This document shows, one piece after another, positions 37,282-50,568 of a stretch of 64,000 bases of DNA. Made by a program: the position numbers and the translations under genes. Source of the stretch: an uncultured Thermoanaerobaculia bacterium (GTDB lineage: Bacteria; Acidobacteriota; UBA4820; DSQY01). The DNA is taken from positions 21,922 through 85,921 of the forward strand of contig CAZPSH010000006.1 of the NCBI GenBank assembly GCA_964589625.1. The letters run 5' to 3'. The notes under the pieces are model-generated. The model had not been told where the DNA came from, searched no databases, and saw nothing but the letters and a program-made list of their open reading frames with translations. Every line of letters starts with the position of its first letter. The stretch's first letter is position 1.

Positions 37282-38259
37282 TCACCCTCCCTTGCGGATG
37301 CCGGCCTCCACGGCCTCGGAGTAGGCCCCCATGGCCCTGAACTTTTCGTAGCGGCCCCGGAGAAGCTCTTCCGTGGACAGGGCCTCCAGCTCCCCGATCT
37401 GGGCCTCGAGGAGCGCGTCCAGGCGGGCGTAGACGGTCGGCGGGTCCACCGGAGCGCCCCCGGGGGGCTCCTCCACGATGGCGTCGATGAGCCCGAGACC
37501 CTTCAGGTCCTGGGCCGTCAGCTTGAGGGCCGACGCCGCGGTCTCCGCTTGGACGGCGTCCTTCCACAAGATCGCCGCGCACCCTTCCGGGGAGATGACC
37601 GAGTAGATGGCGTACTGGAGCATGTTGACACGGTCCCCGACGCCAAGGGCCAGCGCCCCCCCGCTTCCGCCCTCCCCGGTCACCGTCACCACGATGGGCA
37701 CCCGCAAGAGGGCCATGGCCTTCAAGTTGACGGCGATGGCCTCGGCCTGTCCGCGCTCCTCCGCGTCCAGACCGGGGTAGGCTCCCGGAGTGTCAATGAA
37801 GGTGAGAATGGGCATCCGGAATTTCTCCGCCATCCGCATGATGCGGAGGGACTTTCGGTACCCCTCGGGCCGGGGCATCCCGAAGTTGCGGTGGATCTTC
37901 TGTTTGGTGTCCCGCCCTTTCTGGTGGCCGATGACCGCCACCGTTCTTCCATGAAAGCGCGCCAGGCCGGCCACGATGGCCGGGTCGTCGGCGTAGCCCC
38001 TGTCCCCGTGGAGTTCCACGAAGTCCGTGAAGAGCGCTTGTACGTAGTCCAGGGTATAGGGCCTGTGGGCGTGCCTGGCCACCTGGACCACCTGCCAGGG
38101 AGTGAGCTTGGCGTAGGTATCGCGCCGGAGTTTCTCCAGTTTCTTCTGGAGGGCGGCCAGCTCCTTTTCGCGCCTCTTCTCGTCCCCGAAGAGGCCCAGG
38201 TTCTCGATCTGCGCCTCGAGTTCCAGGATGGGGCGCTCGAACTCCCGGGGGTCCTTCAT
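37282..38259 (-). CDS. accA: Acetyl-CoA carboxylase carboxyltransferase subunit alpha
   Basis: 325 aa, canonical AccA. Confidence 0.95.
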   Translation of the reverse strand: MKDPREFERPILELEAQIENLGLFGDEKRREKELAALQKKLEKLRRDTYAKLTPWQVVQVARHAHRPYTLDYVQALFTDFVELHGDRGYADDPAIVAGLARFHGRTVAVIGHQKGRDTKQKIHRNFGMPRPEGYRKSLRIMRMAEKFRMPILTFIDTPGAYPGLDAEERGQAEAIAVNLKAMALLRVPIVVTVTGEGGSGGALALGVGDRVNMLQYAIYSVISPEGCAAILWKDAVQAETAASALKLTAQDLKGLGLIDAIVEEPPGGAPVDPPTVYARLDALLEAQIGELEALSTEELLRGRYEKFRAMGAYSEAVEAGIRKGG

Positions 38260-41200
38260 TGGCTCGGCCTCCTCTTTCCCTCCCCGCGGGTCAGGGTCCG
38301 GAACAGGTGCTTCACGCGCCCGCGTCCCACCAGGGCCTCCAAGTCGTCGATGAAGCCCCGTCCTCCCCTCACCCTCAGCTGGCCTCCGAGGAGAATGCGG
38401 GTGACGCAGCGCTCCTCCTCTACATCCACATACACCGGCAGGGCGCCGTGGTGCCGGCGCAGGCGCTCTTCAAAGTCCAGGAGCCAGTCCTCATCTTCGC
38501 ACAGGGCGGCGGGCAGGCACACGAGGACCCCCGTGGCCTTCGGTTCCAGCTCCTCCTGCGCCCGGTCCATGGGGACGACGGCGTTGGCCCAGACCTTCGG
38601 TTTCCCGTCCGGATCCCTCTGGATGCGGCCGATCACCAAGACGGCGGAGTCCTTCTCGATGGCCCCCTGGTATCTCTTGAAGCACTCGTTGAAGAGGAGA
38701 ACGTCCACCCGGGCTTCGAGGTCCTCGAGAACCAGCAGCCCGAACATCTCCCCCTTCTTGCTCTTCTTCTGGTTCCACTGGCCCACGACCCCTCCCACCG
38801 TGATCTCCGAGTCCGGGGGCGCATCGGCTAGTTCCACGATGTGGTGGGAGGCGAAGCGGCGCAGCATCTCCTGCTTCTCCACCAGCGGGTGCCCGCTCAG
38901 GTAGAATCCCAGGCTCTCCTTCTCCTTCGCGAACTTCTCCGCGTCGGACCACGGAGTCCCCTTGGAGTAGGCTTCCGGCTCCGATGCGTCTTCCGCGCCG
39001 AAGAGGCCCGCCTGCCCGCGGAGGCGGTCCTCCTGGTGGCGGACGGCGGAGGCCATGGCCGCGTCCAGCGAGGCCAGGAGGTCCCAGCGGGGAACCCCGA
39101 AGCTGTCCATGGCTCCCGACTGGACGAGGTTCTCCAGGACCCGCCGGTTCGCGTGGAAACGGTCCACCTCCCTGCAGAAGCGGAAGAGGTCGGGAAACGG
39201 GCCGACCCGTCGCCGGGCTTCAAGGATGGCCTCCACGGAGTTCAGGCCGACGTTCTTGATGGCGGAGAGGCCGTAGCGGATGGCGCCGTCCTCGATGCTG
39301 AACCCCACCTGGCTTCGGTTCACGTCGGGTGGGAGGAGGGAGATTCCCATTTCCCGGCACGAGTTCATGTACTTCATGACCTCGTCGGTGTGTTCTGCCC
39401 AGGCCGATAGGGTCGCCGCCATGAAGTGCGTCGGGAAGTGGGCCTTGAGAAAGGCCGTCTGGAAGGCCACGAGCGCGTAGGCCGCCGAGTGGGACTTGTT
39501 GAATCCGTAACGGCCGAAGGTTTCCATGTGGTCGAAGAGGTCCCCCGCCCGCCCCTCGTCCACCCCGCGCTTGGCGCATCCCTCCAGGAACAGCTTCCGC
39601 TGGACCTGCATGGCGGCGGCGTCCTTCTTGGACATGGCCTTCCGGAGGGTGTCCGCCTGGCCGAGGGTGAATCCCCCCAACCGATGGGCGATGAGCATGA
39701 CCTGCTCCTGGTACACGATGACGCCCAGGGTCTCGTCCAGGATCTCCTTGACCTCCTTCACCGGGTACTCGACGGCCTCCCGGCCCTTCGCCCGGGAGAT
39801 GTAGGTGTTGATCATCCCGGCGTCCAGCGGGCCAGGGCGGTAGAGCGCGTTCAGCACGATGAGGTCTTCGAACCGCCGGGGTCCCAGGCGGCGCAGGATG
39901 TCCTTCATGCCGCCCGATTCGAACTGGAAGACCCCGTCCGTGTCGCCCCGCCCGAAGAGCTCCAGGGTCTTCGCGTCGTCCAGGGGAACGGCGGCCAGGT
40001 CGGGGGGCTCCCCCCCCGAGAGGCGGATCAGCTCCAGCGTGTCGTAGAGGACGGTGAGGGTCCGGAGGCCCAGGAAGTCCATCTTGAGCAGGCCCAGGGC
40101 CTCGATCTCGTCCTTGCTGTACTGGGTGGTGATGTCCTCCTTGCCCCCGGCGGCCTTGTACAGGGGCAGGTATTCGGTGATGGGCCGGGGGGCGATGACC
40201 ACCCCGGCGGCATGGGTGGAGGCGTGCCGGGTGAGCCCCTCCAGGCGGCGGGCGATGTCCACCATCTCGCGCACCTGCGGATCGGCATCGTAGTTCTCCT
40301 TGAATTGGGGCGAGACGCTGAGGGCCGTTTCCAGGGTGGCCGAGAGGTCCTCGGGCACGAGCTTGGCGATGCGGTCCACCTTGTCCAGCGGCACGCCCAA
40401 CGCGCGCCCCGTGTCCCGAAGCGCCAGGCGCGCCTTCATTTCGCCGAAGGTGATGATCTGGGCCACGTTGTCCCGGCCGTACTTCTCCGTGACGTACTGG
40501 ATCACCTCGGCCCGTCCCCGCATGCAGAAATCGATGTCGATGTCGGGCATGGAGACCCGTTCCGGGTTGAGGAAGCGCTCGAAGAGGAGGCCGTACTTGA
40601 GCGGGTCCAGGTCCGTGATGCCCATGCAGTAGGATATGAAGGAGCCCGCGGCGCTGCCCCGGCCCGGCCCCACCGGGACGCCGCGCTCCCGGGCGTACCG
40701 GATGAAATCCCACACCACCAGGAAATAGCCCGCGAGGTCCATCTTCTTGATGAGCCCGATCTCCTGGTCGAAGCGCTTCTCGTACTCCTCCGGGGCCAGG
40801 GCCCCCTTCCGCTCCAGAAGCCCCTGCTCCTTCCGCCTGGCGAAGCCGGACCGCGCCACCTTCTCGAAGTAGGAGGCGAGCGTCTCGCCCTCCGGCACCT
40901 GGAACTTCGGGTAGTGCTTGGACTCCGTGTCGAAGGCGAAGTGGCAGCGCTGGGCCACCTTGACCGTGTTCTCCAGCGCCTCGGGCCAGTCCCCGAAGCG
41001 GTCCCACATCTCCCGGGGGCTCTTGAGGTAGTGCTCCGCGGTGTAGGCCATCTTGCCCGACTTGGAGCGCTCCTCCCGCGTGGTCTTGGTCTGGATGCAC
41101 AGAAGGATGTCGTGGGCCCCGAAGTCCTCTCTTCGCAGGAAGTGGACGTCGTTTGTGGCCACCAGGGGGATACCCGTCTCCCGGTGCATCTCCAGGATCT

Positions 41201-41780
41201 TGGCGTTCACCGCGGCCTGCTCGGGAAGGCCGTGGTCCTGGATCTCCAGGAAGAAGTGGTCGGGGCCGAAGATCTCGCGAAACTCCAACGCCGACCTCAG
41301 CGCCTCCTCGTCTTTTCCCCGCCTCAGTTTCTGCGGGATCTCCCCGCCGAGGCAGGCGGAGGTGGCGATGAGCCCCTCGTGGTGACGCCGCAGGAGGTCC
41401 TTGTCCATGCGGGGCTTGTACTGAAAGCCCTCCAGAAAGGCGGCGGTGGAGAGCTTGCAAAGGTTGTGGTACCCGGTCTCGTTCTCGCACAGGAGGATCA
41501 GGTGGGAGTACGGGCGCTTGCCGTCCGGTCCCGCCGCGTCCTCGTCGAACCGCGAGTGGGGGGCCACGTAGGCCTCGCACCCGATGATGGGGCGGACCCC
41601 GGCCTTAATGGCTCGCCTGAAGAACTTCACGGCGCCGAAGAGGTTGCCGTGGTCCGTGATGGCCATGGCGGGCGATCCGTGGGAGGCGGCTTGGGCGAGG
41701 GCCTCGTCGAGGCGGCACGCCCCGTCCAACAGGGAATACTGGGTGTGCAGGTGCAGGTGGACGAAGGGGCGGTCGGTCAT
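38256..41780 (-). CDS. dnaE: DNA polymerase III subunit alpha
   Basis: 1174 aa, PHP domain [13 protein letters not shown], polymerase core, OB fold. Confidence 0.97.
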   Translation of the reverse strand: MTDRPFVHLHLHTQYSLLDGACRLDEALAQAASHGSPAMAITDHGNLFGAVKFFRRAIKAGVRPIIGCEAYVAPHSRFDEDAAGPDGKRPYSHLILLCENETGYHNLCKLSTAAFLEGFQYKPRMDKDLLRRHHEGLIATSACLGGEIPQKLRRGKDEEALRSALEFREIFGPDHFFLEIQDHGLPEQAAVNAKILEMHRETGIPLVATNDVHFLRREDFGAHDILLCIQTKTTREERSKSGKMAYTAEHYLKSPREMWDRFGDWPEALENTVKVAQRCHFAFDTESKHYPKFQVPEGETLASYFEKVARSGFARRKEQGLLERKGALAPEEYEKRFDQEIGLIKKMDLAGYFLVVWDFIRYARERGVPVGPGRGSAAGSFISYCMGITDLDPLKYGLLFERFLNPERVSMPDIDIDFCMRGRAEVIQYVTEKYGRDNVAQIITFGEMKARLALRDTGRALGVPLDKVDRIAKLVPEDLSATLETALSVSPQFKENYDADPQVREMVDIARRLEGLTRHASTHAAGVVIAPRPITEYLPLYKAAGGKEDITTQYSKDEIEALGLLKMDFLGLRTLTVLYDTLELIRLSGGEPPDLAAVPLDDAKTLELFGRGDTDGVFQFESGGMKDILRRLGPRRFEDLIVLNALYRPGPLDAGMINTYISRAKGREAVEYPVKEVKEILDETLGVIVYQEQVMLIAHRLGGFTLGQADTLRKAMSKKDAAAMQVQRKLFLEGCAKRGVDEGRAGDLFDHMETFGRYGFNKSHSAAYALVAFQTAFLKAHFPTHFMAATLSAWAEHTDEVMKYMNSCREMGISLLPPDVNRSQVGFSIEDGAIRYGLSAIKNVGLNSVEAILEARRRVGPFPDLFRFCREVDRFHANRRVLENLVQSGAMDSFGVPRWDLLASLDAAMASAVRHQEDRLRGQAGLFGAEDASEPEAYSKGTPWSDAEKFAKEKESLGFYLSGHPLVEKQEMLRRFASHHIVELADAPPDSEITVGGVVGQWNQKKSKKGEMFGLLVLEDLEARVDVLLFNECFKRYQGAIEKDSAVLVIGRIQRDPDGKPKVWANAVVPMDRAQEELEPKATGVLVCLPAALCEDEDWLLDFEERLRRHHGALPVYVDVEEERCVTRILLGGQLRVRGGRGFIDDLEALVGRGRVKHLFRTLTRGEGKRRPSQ

Positions 41781-41937
41781 GGGAAAAGCCCGACCGAGAA
41801 GAAGTGCGGGCCAAGGGGGCTTGGAAATCGGGCCACAGAAGGTGAAGGGAATGCGCCCGGGACCCGACCGGGGCTCCGCCGGTTTCCGCTCGCCCTCCTT
41901 CGGGCCTCTCGGCGGCCTCCCGGCACGCCCCGTCCCA

Positions 41938-41970
41938 CTCCGAAATCCGGAATCCGAAATCCGAAATCCA
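41938..41970. repeat. Second copy of the GGATTTC heptamer array (minus-strand reading: GGATTTCGGATTTCGGATTCCGGATTTCGG)
   Basis: Starts 4 nt after the guaA stop codon, in the guaA-dnaE intergenic region; same unit and same position relative to a stop codon as the 11822 element. Confidence 0.55.
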
Positions 41971-41973
41971 CGA

Positions 41974-43515
41974 TCACTCCCATTCGATGGTTCCGGGAGG
42001 CTTGGAGGTCACGTCGTAGACCACCCGGCTGATGCCCCTCACCTCGTTCACGATCCGGCTCGAAACGCGCCCGAGGAAATCGGGCGAGAAACGGAACCAG
42101 TCGGCCGTCATGAAGTCCTCGGTGACCACCGCCCTCAGGGCCGCCACGCGGTCGTAGGTCCTGGCGTCCCCCATGACGCCCACCGTGCGGACGGGAAGGA
42201 GGACCACGAATGCCTGGGAAACGGCCCCGTAGAGGCCCTCCCGGCGGATCTCCTCGAGGAAGATCGCGTCCGCCTCCCGCAGAAGGGCGGCGTCCTCCCG
42301 CGTCACCTCGCCGAGGATCCGGACGGCGAGGCCCGGCCCCGGAAAGGGATGCCGGTCCACGAAGGCGGCGTCCAGCCCCAGGAGGCGGCCCACCTCCCGG
42401 ACCTCGTCCTTGAACAGATCTCGGATCGGCTCCACGATTTTCATGCGCATGCGCTCGGGGAGTCCGCCCACGTTGTGGTGGCTCTTGATGACCGAGGCGG
42501 CGGCCGAGGCGGCCGCCGATTCGATGCGGTCCGGGTAGATGGTGCCCTGCACCAAGTAAGAAACCATTCCGAGGGCCTGGGCCTCCCGCTCGAAGACTTC
42601 CACGAAGGTCCGGCCCACCGCCTTTCGCTTCTCCTCGGGATCGGTCAGGCCCCGGAGGGCCAGGAAAAACTCCTCGGAGGCATCCACCGTCTTCAGGTCC
42701 AGGTTCAATCCCTCGAGAAGGCGGCGAGACACCGCCTCGGCTTCCCCTTTTCTGAGGAGGCCGTGATCGATGAAGAGGCCCGTCAGCCGGTCCCCGACGG
42801 CCCGATGGACCAGGAGGGCCGCCACCGACGAGTCCACGCCGCCGGAGATGGCGCAGAGAACCCGCTCCCCTCCCACCACCCGGCGCACCTCCGCCACGGC
42901 CTCCTCGACGAAGGAGGCCATGGTCCAATCGCCGCGCGCCCCGCATGCACCGAAGAGGAACCGGCGCAGGATCTCTCGCCCGTCGGCGGTGTGGGTCACC
43001 TCGGGGTGAAACTGGAGGGCGTACAGCCCCCTCTCCGGGTCCTCCATGGCGGCCACGGGAACGCTTTCCGTGCTCCCCGAAACGCGGAAGCCCGCGGGGG
43101 GGGCCTCCACCCGGTCCCCGTGGCTCATCCAGATCGGACGGGGATCCGGGGGCCCGTGAAAGAGGGCGCTTTCCGGGTTTCCAAAGAAGAGGGCGGGGCC
43201 GTATTCCCGGCGTCCCGAGGGGACCACCTGGCCGCCCAGGGCTTGCGCCATCCACTGCATCCCGTAGCAGATGCCAAGGATGGGAATCCCCAGGCCGACG
43301 ATGGCCGGATCCGGCAGGGGGGCGCCGTCCGCGAAGACGGACTGGGGGCCGCCCGAGAGGATGAGTCCGATGGGAGTTCTGGCGTGGATCTCCCCTGCCG
43401 GACGGTCGTGAGGCACCACCTCGCAGTACACGCCCAGTTCCCTCACGCGCCGGGCGATCAGCCGCGTGTACTGGGAGCCGAAATCGAGGATGAGGACGAC
43501 CTGTCCGCCGTGCAT
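41974..43515 (-). CDS. guaA: GMP synthase (glutamine-hydrolysing)
   Basis: 513 aa, GATase1 plus ATP-PPase (SGGVDS) plus dimerisation domain. Confidence 0.97.
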   Translation of the reverse strand: MHGGQVVLILDFGSQYTRLIARRVRELGVYCEVVPHDRPAGEIHARTPIGLILSGGPQSVFADGAPLPDPAIVGLGIPILGICYGMQWMAQALGGQVVPSGRREYGPALFFGNPESALFHGPPDPRPIWMSHGDRVEAPPAGFRVSGSTESVPVAAMEDPERGLYALQFHPEVTHTADGREILRRFLFGACGARGDWTMASFVEEAVAEVRRVVGGERVLCAISGGVDSSVAALLVHRAVGDRLTGLFIDHGLLRKGEAEAVSRRLLEGLNLDLKTVDASEEFFLALRGLTDPEEKRKAVGRTFVEVFEREAQALGMVSYLVQGTIYPDRIESAAASAAASVIKSHHNVGGLPERMRMKIVEPIRDLFKDEVREVGRLLGLDAAFVDRHPFPGPGLAVRILGEVTREDAALLREADAIFLEEIRREGLYGAVSQAFVVLLPVRTVGVMGDARTYDRVAALRAVVTEDFMTADWFRFSPDFLGRVSSRIVNEVRGISRVVYDVTSKPPGTIEWE

Positions 43516-43570
43516 GGCTCCTTCCGATCCCTCGCGGAGGCGAAGAGTATAGCCCTCGTCCGGGGCGGCC

Positions 43571-44575
43571 TCAAGGAGAAAGCGCCGGGGCGTCCCGCCG
43601 CAGGGGCTCGGCCCACTCCCGGAAGGTCTTCAGGAGGGCCTGGGGGCTCTTGGACCGGTCCAAGGACCGCCTGAGGGAGGTCGCCCCGGGAATCCCCGCC
43701 GTGTATTTTCCTAGGAAGGTCTTCATCCGGTGGAGGGCCAGACCTGGGGGCCCGTTCTCCACGAGGTCCTCGAAATGAGCTTCCACGAGGGCGATCCGGT
43801 CGGGGAGGCCGGGCTCGGCATAGGTCCCACGGGTTCGCAGGTCTTCGATCTGGCGAAAGATCCACGGATTCTTGACCGCCGCCCGGCCCACCATGACCGC
43901 ATCGCAGGAGGTGGAAGCAAAAAGCTCCATCCCCTCCTCCGGCGTGGTCACGTCGCCGTTCCCCACCACCGGCACCGAGACGGCCGACTTGAGCTCCCCG
44001 ATCCGGCTCCAGTCGGCCCGACCCGAGTAACCCTGCTCGCGGGTCCTCGCGTGCAGGGTCAGGGCCGCCACGCCCGCCTCCTCCAGCGCCCTTGCGACCT
44101 CGAGAAAGGTGATCTCGGACCCAGACCACCCCAGGCGCAGTTTGGCCGTCACGGGGATCGCGACGGCCCGTACCACCGCCCTCGCCACGGCGGCCGCCCG
44201 GAGGGGCTCCCTCAGGAGGGCCGCGCCGCACCACCCCTTCGTCACCTTGGGAACGGGACAGCCCATATTGATATCCACCACGTCCGCGCCCTCGGCCTCG
44301 CAACGGCGAGCCGCCTCGGCCATGTCCCCGGGGTCGGCCCCCGAGATCTGGAGCGCGATGGGATGCTCGTCGGGGCCCATGCGGAGGTAGTCGCCCGTGC
44401 GCCGTCCGCCCCGCACAAGCCCCTCCGAGGAGAGGATCTCGGAGACCACGAGGCCTACGCCGCCGCACCTCCGAACTACCCGCCGGAAGGTCACGTCGGT
44501 CAGCCCCGCCATGGGAGCGAGAACGAGGGGAGGGAACACGGCCACGGACCCGACCCGGAGGAGCCCGTCCGTCAA
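43571..44575 (-). CDS. dus: tRNA-dihydrouridine synthase
   Basis: 334 aa, FMN-binding TIM barrel, LAPMAGLTD, catalytic Cys in NMGCP. Confidence 0.85.
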   Translation of the reverse strand: MTDGLLRVGSVAVFPPLVLAPMAGLTDVTFRRVVRRCGGVGLVVSEILSSEGLVRGGRRTGDYLRMGPDEHPIALQISGADPGDMAEAARRCEAEGADVVDINMGCPVPKVTKGWCGAALLREPLRAAAVARAVVRAVAIPVTAKLRLGWSGSEITFLEVARALEEAGVAALTLHARTREQGYSGRADWSRIGELKSAVSVPVVGNGDVTTPEEGMELFASTSCDAVMVGRAAVKNPWIFRQIEDLRTRGTYAEPGLPDRIALVEAHFEDLVENGPPGLALHRMKTFLGKYTAGIPGATSLRRSLDRSKSPQALLKTFREWAEPLRRDAPALSP

Positions 44576-44838
44576 GGGGAGGCCTCGGAGGGACGGCGGA
44601 TTCGGAAGTACTCCGACTCCCGCCCCTTGGGAACGGGCCGGTCGGGAACGGCCAGGATCTCCACCTCCAGGGCCGCGCCCTCCTCGCTCCAGAGGACGAG
44701 GAGATCCCCCGGCACCACCTCTCGGCCTGGCTTGGCGGGCCGCCCGTTGACGCGAACTTCCCCTCCGAGTGCGGCGGCCTTGGCCGCGCTCCTCCGCCGG
44801 ATGAGGCGGGCGTGCTTCAAAAAGAGGTCGAGCCGCAT
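44572..44838 (-). CDS. S4-domain RNA-binding protein (Hsp15/YlmH-like)
   Basis: 88 aa; MRLDLFLKHARLIRRRSAAKAAALGGEVRVNG matches the S4 fold. Confidence 0.6.
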   Translation of the reverse strand: MRLDLFLKHARLIRRRSAAKAAALGGEVRVNGRPAKPGREVVPGDLLVLWSEEGAALEVEILAVPDRPVPKGRESEYFRIRRPSEASP

Positions 44839-44893
44839 GGCGAAGCTTCTCCCCGGAGGGCGGTCCGCGTCGGGTGCCTCCCGGAGGGGCGCC

Positions 44894-45850
44894 TTAGACG
44901 TACTTGGGGTTGATGCGGACGTAGCTCTGGGCCTTCAGATCCGCAATGTACGCCTTGTAGGCCTCGGAGAACTTCTGCTCCTTGAGGGCCTCCACAACGG
45001 CGAGCCGAGCCTCGTCCAGAGTGGGTGTTTTGGCTTCCCGGCGCTCCAGCACGCGAAAGATGTAGAACCCTCCGACGCTCTGGACCGGCTCGCTGACCTC
45101 CCCCGCGGCGAGGGGAAAAACCGCCCGGCCGATTTCAGGGCTCAGGTCCTCCCGGGAAAACCAGCCCGCGTCACCCCCGGCCCCTCGGGAGTAGGCCGTG
45201 GAGAAGGATCGGGCCAATTCTCCAAAATCCTTTCCCGACGCCACTTGCGCGCGAATTTCCGCGGCCGCGGCGCGGGCCTGCTCCGCATCGTACCGCTCCT
45301 TCGGGAGGAGGATCTCCTGCAAGTGAACCTGGGACTTCCCCGCCATGTCGTTCTTGTGGGCCTCGTAGAAGGCCTCCACCTCCTCCGAGGAGATGGCGAT
45401 GCGGCTCCGGATTTCGCGGCTCTTCATGAACTCCGGGATGTACACGAAGACCATCTGCTTCCGGAACTCCTCGAGGGTCATGCCCTCCTGCTCGAGGGCC
45501 TTGGAGAGGTCCGCCTTGGTGGCCAGCTTGTTTTCCTTCATGAACATCTCGAGCTGGTTGTCCACGATGAGGTCCACCTGGTACAGCTGGCGGGCCTTCT
45601 CCACGAGGAGGAGCTCCTCCTCCATCTGCTCGAGGAGCCTCTGGGGGACTTCTTTGAGCCGTGTTTCGATGTCGGGCCCCTTGTACTCCCGCTGGAGGCC
45701 ATCCAAGGTGCTCTGGAGCCGCTTCTCGAACTCGCCCTTGGTGACGATGGCGTCGTTGACCTTGAGGACGACCTCTTCGAGGACGGCACTCCTGGAGGGG
45801 AGGCCGAGGAGGGCAACGGCGGCGAGGAGTGTGGGGAGGGCGCGCTTCAT
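44894..45850 (-). CDS. Peptidyl-prolyl cis-trans isomerase, SurA/PrsA-like (parvulin domain)
   Basis: Signal peptide, SurA N-domain-like helices, parvulin motif (VHLQEILL ... GGDAGWFSRE). Confidence 0.7.
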   Translation of the reverse strand: MKRALPTLLAAVALLGLPSRSAVLEEVVLKVNDAIVTKGEFEKRLQSTLDGLQREYKGPDIETRLKEVPQRLLEQMEEELLLVEKARQLYQVDLIVDNQLEMFMKENKLATKADLSKALEQEGMTLEEFRKQMVFVYIPEFMKSREIRSRIAISSEEVEAFYEAHKNDMAGKSQVHLQEILLPKERYDAEQARAAAAEIRAQVASGKDFGELARSFSTAYSRGAGGDAGWFSREDLSPEIGRAVFPLAAGEVSEPVQSVGGFYIFRVLERREAKTPTLDEARLAVVEALKEQKFSEAYKAYIADLKAQSYVRINPKYV

Positions 45851-46707
45851 GGTGTCTCCTTCTCGTAGGCGAAGGGAAGTTTAGCCCAAAACACCTCGGG
45901 GGGAAAGCGCCGGCGCAGGTCCGCCAGATACTGGCGGTACAGCCGATCGCCGCGCTCGTCGGCCAGCGTGAGCCGGATCTGCGGCGCGAGCTCATCGAGG
46001 GTGGGCGTGTAGGAGTCGCAGCGCCTCTCCACGAGGAAAATCTGGAAGTACTCCGAGGAGGCCTGGATGGGCCCGGTGGGCACGCCGGGCCTGGCCCGCG
46101 CCAGGGGACCTTGCAGGTAATCGGGGAGCTCCTCGAATTCGAAGTACTGCAGAGCTCCCCGCTCGGGGGAGAGGGAGTAAAGCCGGGCCACGTCCACGAA
46201 GGAGTGCCCGCGGGCGAGCAAGGCCCTCGCCTCCCTCACCTGGGCTTCCCCAGGAAGGAGAATTTCCCTCAGGAGTACACCGCGCCCTTTTTCGAACTCC
46301 CTGGCGTGGGCGGCGTAGTAGGCGGCCACCTCGCCCGGGGTGACGTTCACCTTCCCGTATACGCGCTGCCTCAGGGCTATGGAAACGGCCGCCTCGCGCT
46401 GTTCCGGTGGGGCGAAATCCCACAGGGGCTGGGGAACGCGGGGAAGGGGACCCTGGACGGCGTCGGTGAGGATCAGGGCCTCCTCCACAAGGCCGTCCAG
46501 CACGCGGCTTGCCAGGAGGGCGTTTTCGGAAGCCGCCGTCTGGCGCCGGGCGAGGGCTCCATCCAGGTCCCGCACCTCGATTCGGAAGCGTCCCGCCAGG
46601 GCGAGGACCGCGGGGTCTTCGCGGAGCGCTGCCCTGGGATCTCTCCGGCAGGCCGCGAACGAAAGGAGCACGAGGACCGGTGCAAGGAGGAGCGGGAGCC
46701 GTTTCAT
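45847..46707 (-). CDS. SurA N-terminal-domain-like periplasmic chaperone
   Basis: About 287 aa from [15 protein letters not shown]; ATGA overlaps with the mfd stop and with the next gene. Confidence 0.55.
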   Translation of the reverse strand: MKRLPLLLAPVLVLLSFAACRRDPRAALREDPAVLALAGRFRIEVRDLDGALARRQTAASENALLASRVLDGLVEEALILTDAVQGPLPRVPQPLWDFAPPEQREAAVSIALRQRVYGKVNVTPGEVAAYYAAHAREFEKGRGVLLREILLPGEAQVREARALLARGHSFVDVARLYSLSPERGALQYFEFEELPDYLQGPLARARPGVPTGPIQASSEYFQIFLVERRCDSYTPTLDELAPQIRLTLADERGDRLYRQYLADLRRRFPPEVFWAKLPFAYEKETP

Positions 46708-49700
46708 GTGGGCGTCCCGTCGGGAGGAGCGGCGCACGCCAGGACCCGGTCCAAGAGGTCCAAGACCTCCTCCAGCGGTTGGAGCGGGACCTCCAGCAAC
46801 CCCCTCGGATCGATTCGCGCGCCCTTGCGGTCCGAAAGGAACCCGACGAGACCCGCGGCGTGGAGCGGCGCCTCTGGGTCGAAGGCCAGGATCAGAAGGT
46901 CGTTCCGCCGGGTGATGCTCCTCATCCCCAACCCCTCGGCCCACAGCCGGAGCCGAGTCGTTTCCACCATGCGCCGGACCTCGGGCGGCATCGGACCGTA
47001 GCGATCCTCGGCGGCGGAGGCGACCCGCCCAAGGTCTGCGGCCGACGAGGCCATGGACAGCTCCCTGTAGAAGGCGAGCCGCTGGTTCAGCTCCCCCATA
47101 TACTCCAGGGGCACCGAAAGGTCCAGGCCGAGGCCGATCTCGCACCGTACCGTCGAGGGCGGGCGCTCGCCCTTGGCCTCCGCCACGGCCTCTTCCAGGA
47201 GGCGCTGGTAGAGGTCGAATCCCACCGCCGCCATGTGGCCCGACTGGTCGGCGCCCAGCAGATTCCCGGCGCCTCTCAACTCAAGGTCCACGGCGGCGAT
47301 GCGGAACCCCGCACCCAGTTCGGAGAACTCCTGGAGGGTTTCCAGCCTGCGCGAGGCGTCCCCGGTGAGCTCCTGGCCGGGGGGGGTGAGGAGGTAGGCG
47401 TAGGCCGGAAGATCCGACCGGCCGATCCGGCCGCGGAGTTGGTATAGCTGCGTCAGGCCCAAGGTGTGGGCATCCTCCACGAGCAGGGTGTTGACCCGCG
47501 GAAGATCCACGCCGTTCTCGATGAGGGTCGTGCAGACGAGAACGTCGTGGTCGCCCCGGAAAAAGCCGAGCATCACCGTCTCCAGGTCCCGCTCCGCCAT
47601 CTGGCCGTGGGCCAGGGTGACCCGCGCCTCCGGGACGAGCGCCTGGACTTTGCGGGCGGCGGCGGCCAAGGTCTCCACCCGGTTGTGGATGTAGTAGACC
47701 TGCCCCCCCCGCTGGAGCTCCCTTCGGACGGCGCCGCGGACGAGTTCCGCATCGAAGGGCCGGACCGACGTCTGGATGGCCAGGCGATCCTTGGGGGCCG
47801 TCTGGATGAGGGACATGTCGAGAATGCCCGACAGGCCCATCTGGAGGGTCCTGGGAATGGGCGTGGCGGTGAGAGTGAGCACGTGGACCTTGGACTTGAG
47901 CGCCTTGATCTTCTCCTTGTGGTTCACCCCGAACCGCTGCTCCTCGTCCACGATCAGAAGGCCCAGCCGCGGAAGGTGGACGTCCTTGGACAGGATGCGG
48001 TGCGTCCCGATGAGGATGTCGAGGCTCCCATCGCCGGCCTCCTTCAGGGTCCTTTTCCGCTCGGTGGTTTCCACGAAACGCGAGAGCATGGCCACGCGGA
48101 CGGGAAAGGGGGCGAAGCGCTCTCGGAAGCGCTCGGCGTGCTGGAGCGCCAGCACGGTCGTCGGGCACAGAACCGCCACCTGGAGGCCCTCGCTCACGGC
48201 CTTGAAGGCCGCGCGCATGGCCACCTCGGTCTTCCCGTACCCGACGTCCCCGCACACCAGCCGGTCCATCGGGCGATCGGATTCCATATCCCGCTTCACC
48301 TCGTCCACGGCCCTATCCTGGTCGGGCGTAAGGTCGAAGGGGAACTGGGACTCGAACTCCTCCTGCCACGCCGTATCGGAGCCGCAGGCGTGGCCGGAGA
48401 TGGTGCGTCGGACGGCATAGAGGCGCAGGAGGTCCACGGCCACGGCCCGGACCGCCTTGCGCACCTTTTCCTTGCTCTTCCGCCAGGCCGTCCCGCCGAG
48501 ACGGTCCAGGACCGGGGCGTAGCCCTCCGGCCCGACGTACTTTTCCACTAGGTCCATGCGCTGGACCGGGACGAGCAGGCGCCCCCCCCCGGCGTAAGCA
48601 AGGCTCAGGTAGTCCTCTCGATGGCCGTCGCGGACCAGTGTCTCCAGCCCCTGGAAGAGTCCGACCCCGTGCTCCACGTGGACCACCGGGTCCCCCGCCC
48701 GCAAATCCCTCAGCCCCGTGGAGAAGGCCTCCTGTTTCCGCGCGCGGGCCTCCGGCGCGGCCCTGCCCCTTCCGAAGACCTCCCGCTCCGTGAGGACGAG
48801 CATTCGCTGAGCGGGAAACGAAAGTCCTTCCTCGACGGGGGCCAGCGCGGCGTACAGGCCGGGCGGCAGGTCGCCGGAATCCGACGGGGCCTCGGCCACC
48901 GTGAGGCCCTCGCCCGACGCCAGCTCCTTGAGCCGCCGGAGGGTCCCCTGGCCTTGAAGGAAGATCAGGCAGCGCCACCCGCCGCGGACCGATTCGCCCA
49001 GCTCCGAGAGGAGCCCGTAGGGGTCTCCAGGACGGAGGGCCGGCCGGGCTGCATCGAGAGGGGGCTCCGCGTTCCCCACCTCCAGCACGCCAGGGCCCTG
49101 GGCCATGGAGGCGACCTCCGCCGCTTTTAGAAAGAGCCTCTCGGGGGAAGCCATCGGGGGGCGACGGTGGCGCACGAAGCTGTCCCGAAGGTCCGACAGG
49201 CGGAGCCCCGCCCGGTGGACCGCCATGGACGCCTCCACCACTACCCACCGGGAGGGCCCCAGGAAATCGGCCAGGGTCGTGAAGTAGGCCGCCTCTCCGC
49301 GGGCCTCGGTGTCGTAGGTCGGGTAGGTCCCCGCGTGGGCGAGGCCCTCCAGGCGCACCTCTCCGAAGGCTCCGGCGTCGGCGAGGGAGGCCGAGAGCGC
49401 CGCACGGAGTCCGTCGTCCCGCACACCCTCCGTGAGGGGATGCACAAGGACCGATCGCTGGATCTCGCCCAGAGAATGTTGGGACACGGGGTCGAAAAAA
49501 CGGATCGAGTCGACCTCGTCCCCGAAGAACTCCAGGCGGACGGGAAGGGACTCGGTGGGCGGGAAGAGGTCCACGATGCCTCCCCGGAAAGACGCCTCTC
49601 CCACCTCCCCGACCTGGTCCACCGTCCGGTACCCCGAGGTCCAAAGCCGGGTCCTCAGCTCGCGGCGATCGAGGGCCGTCCCGCGCTCGAGGACGAGAAG

Positions 49701-50093
49701 GTGGCTTTTCCACCACCCGGGCCGGGGCACCCTCCACAGGAGCGACTCCACAGAAAGGAGGAGGGCGGGCCGCGTCGACGCGAGGGCCCGGCTGAGCACG
49801 GCGGCGCGTTCGAGGAGGACGCCCGGATGGTGGGGTAGCCCCTCGTAAGGGTCCGCGTCGGGGGCGGGCAACCAATCCGGCGCCGCGGTTTCCCCGAGGA
49901 GGGCCCGCATGGAGCCCGAAAGGGACCGCGCCTGGCTCTCGGCGGGGACCAGGATGACGAGCGGCCCCTCCCGCCGGAGGACGCGGCCCGCCAACAGGAA
50001 GGGAAGGGCCCCACCGCGGGCGCGCTCCAGTCCCTTGTCCCCTCCGACCCCCCGGTCGAGCGCCTCCAGAAAGGCGCGGATGAGGTCGTTCAA
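46704..50093 (-). CDS. mfd: Transcription-repair coupling factor
   Basis: 1129 aa; UvrB-homology, RNAP-interacting and superfamily-2 helicase motifs ([17 protein letters not shown]). Confidence 0.95.
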   Translation of the reverse strand: MNDLIRAFLEALDRGVGGDKGLERARGGALPFLLAGRVLRREGPLVILVPAESQARSLSGSMRALLGETAAPDWLPAPDADPYEGLPHHPGVLLERAAVLSRALASTRPALLLSVESLLWRVPRPGWWKSHLLVLERGTALDRRELRTRLWTSGYRTVDQVGEVGEASFRGGIVDLFPPTESLPVRLEFFGDEVDSIRFFDPVSQHSLGEIQRSVLVHPLTEGVRDDGLRAALSASLADAGAFGEVRLEGLAHAGTYPTYDTEARGEAAYFTTLADFLGPSRWVVVEASMAVHRAGLRLSDLRDSFVRHRRPPMASPERLFLKAAEVASMAQGPGVLEVGNAEPPLDAARPALRPGDPYGLLSELGESVRGGWRCLIFLQGQGTLRRLKELASGEGLTVAEAPSDSGDLPPGLYAALAPVEEGLSFPAQRMLVLTEREVFGRGRAAPEARARKQEAFSTGLRDLRAGDPVVHVEHGVGLFQGLETLVRDGHREDYLSLAYAGGGRLLVPVQRMDLVEKYVGPEGYAPVLDRLGGTAWRKSKEKVRKAVRAVAVDLLRLYAVRRTISGHACGSDTAWQEEFESQFPFDLTPDQDRAVDEVKRDMESDRPMDRLVCGDVGYGKTEVAMRAAFKAVSEGLQVAVLCPTTVLALQHAERFRERFAPFPVRVAMLSRFVETTERKRTLKEAGDGSLDILIGTHRILSKDVHLPRLGLLIVDEEQRFGVNHKEKIKALKSKVHVLTLTATPIPRTLQMGLSGILDMSLIQTAPKDRLAIQTSVRPFDAELVRGAVRRELQRGGQVYYIHNRVETLAAAARKVQALVPEARVTLAHGQMAERDLETVMLGFFRGDHDVLVCTTLIENGVDLPRVNTLLVEDAHTLGLTQLYQLRGRIGRSDLPAYAYLLTPPGQELTGDASRRLETLQEFSELGAGFRIAAVDLELRGAGNLLGADQSGHMAAVGFDLYQRLLEEAVAEAKGERPPSTVRCEIGLGLDLSVPLEYMGELNQRLAFYRELSMASSAADLGRVASAAEDRYGPMPPEVRRMVETTRLRLWAEGLGMRSITRRNDLLILAFDPEAPLHAAGLVGFLSDRKGARIDPRGLLEVPLQPLEEVLDLLDRVLACAAPPDGTPT

Positions 50094-50554
50094 CGTGTTC
50101 CCCCAGCCAGGCGATCCAGGAGGCCGGTCGTGGAGCGCCCTTCGAGCAGGGGAAGGGAAGCCACCGTCCCGCCCGCGGCCTCCACCTCCGTCCTTCCCAC
50201 GATGGTCTCGGGGGTCCAGTCCCCGCCTTTCACGAGAACGTCGGGCAGGAGGAGCCGGACGAGGTCCAAGGGTGTGTCCTCCTCAAAGACGACCACCGCG
50301 TCCACGGCGGCCATGGCGGCCAGGACCTCGGCCCTCTCCCCCTGCGGCGTCACGGGGCGGGTGGGCCCCTTGAGGCGCCGAACGGAATCGTCGGAGTTCA
50401 GCCCCACGACGAGCCGGTCCCCCATCCCCCGCGCGGCGTTGAGGTAGCGCACGTGGCCCGCGTGGAGGAGGTCGAAGCACCCGTTGGTGAAGACCACTCT
50501 CTCCCCCCGCGCTCGGCACGCGCGCCGGAATTCCAAGACCGCATCTCGGGCCAT
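50090..50554 (-). CDS. hldC: D-glycero-beta-D-manno-heptose 1-phosphate adenylyltransferase (HldE domain II, stand-alone)
   Basis: [44 protein letters not shown] matches the cytidylyltransferase-like RfaE domain II. Confidence 0.75.
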   Translation of the reverse strand: MARDAVLEFRRACRARGERVVFTNGCFDLLHAGHVRYLNAARGMGDRLVVGLNSDDSVRRLKGPTRPVTPQGERAEVLAAMAAVDAVVVFEEDTPLDLVRLLLPDVLVKGGDWTPETIVGRTEVEAAGGTVASLPLLEGRSTTGLLDRLAGGTR

Positions 50555-50568
50555 GACGCGTCCCACCC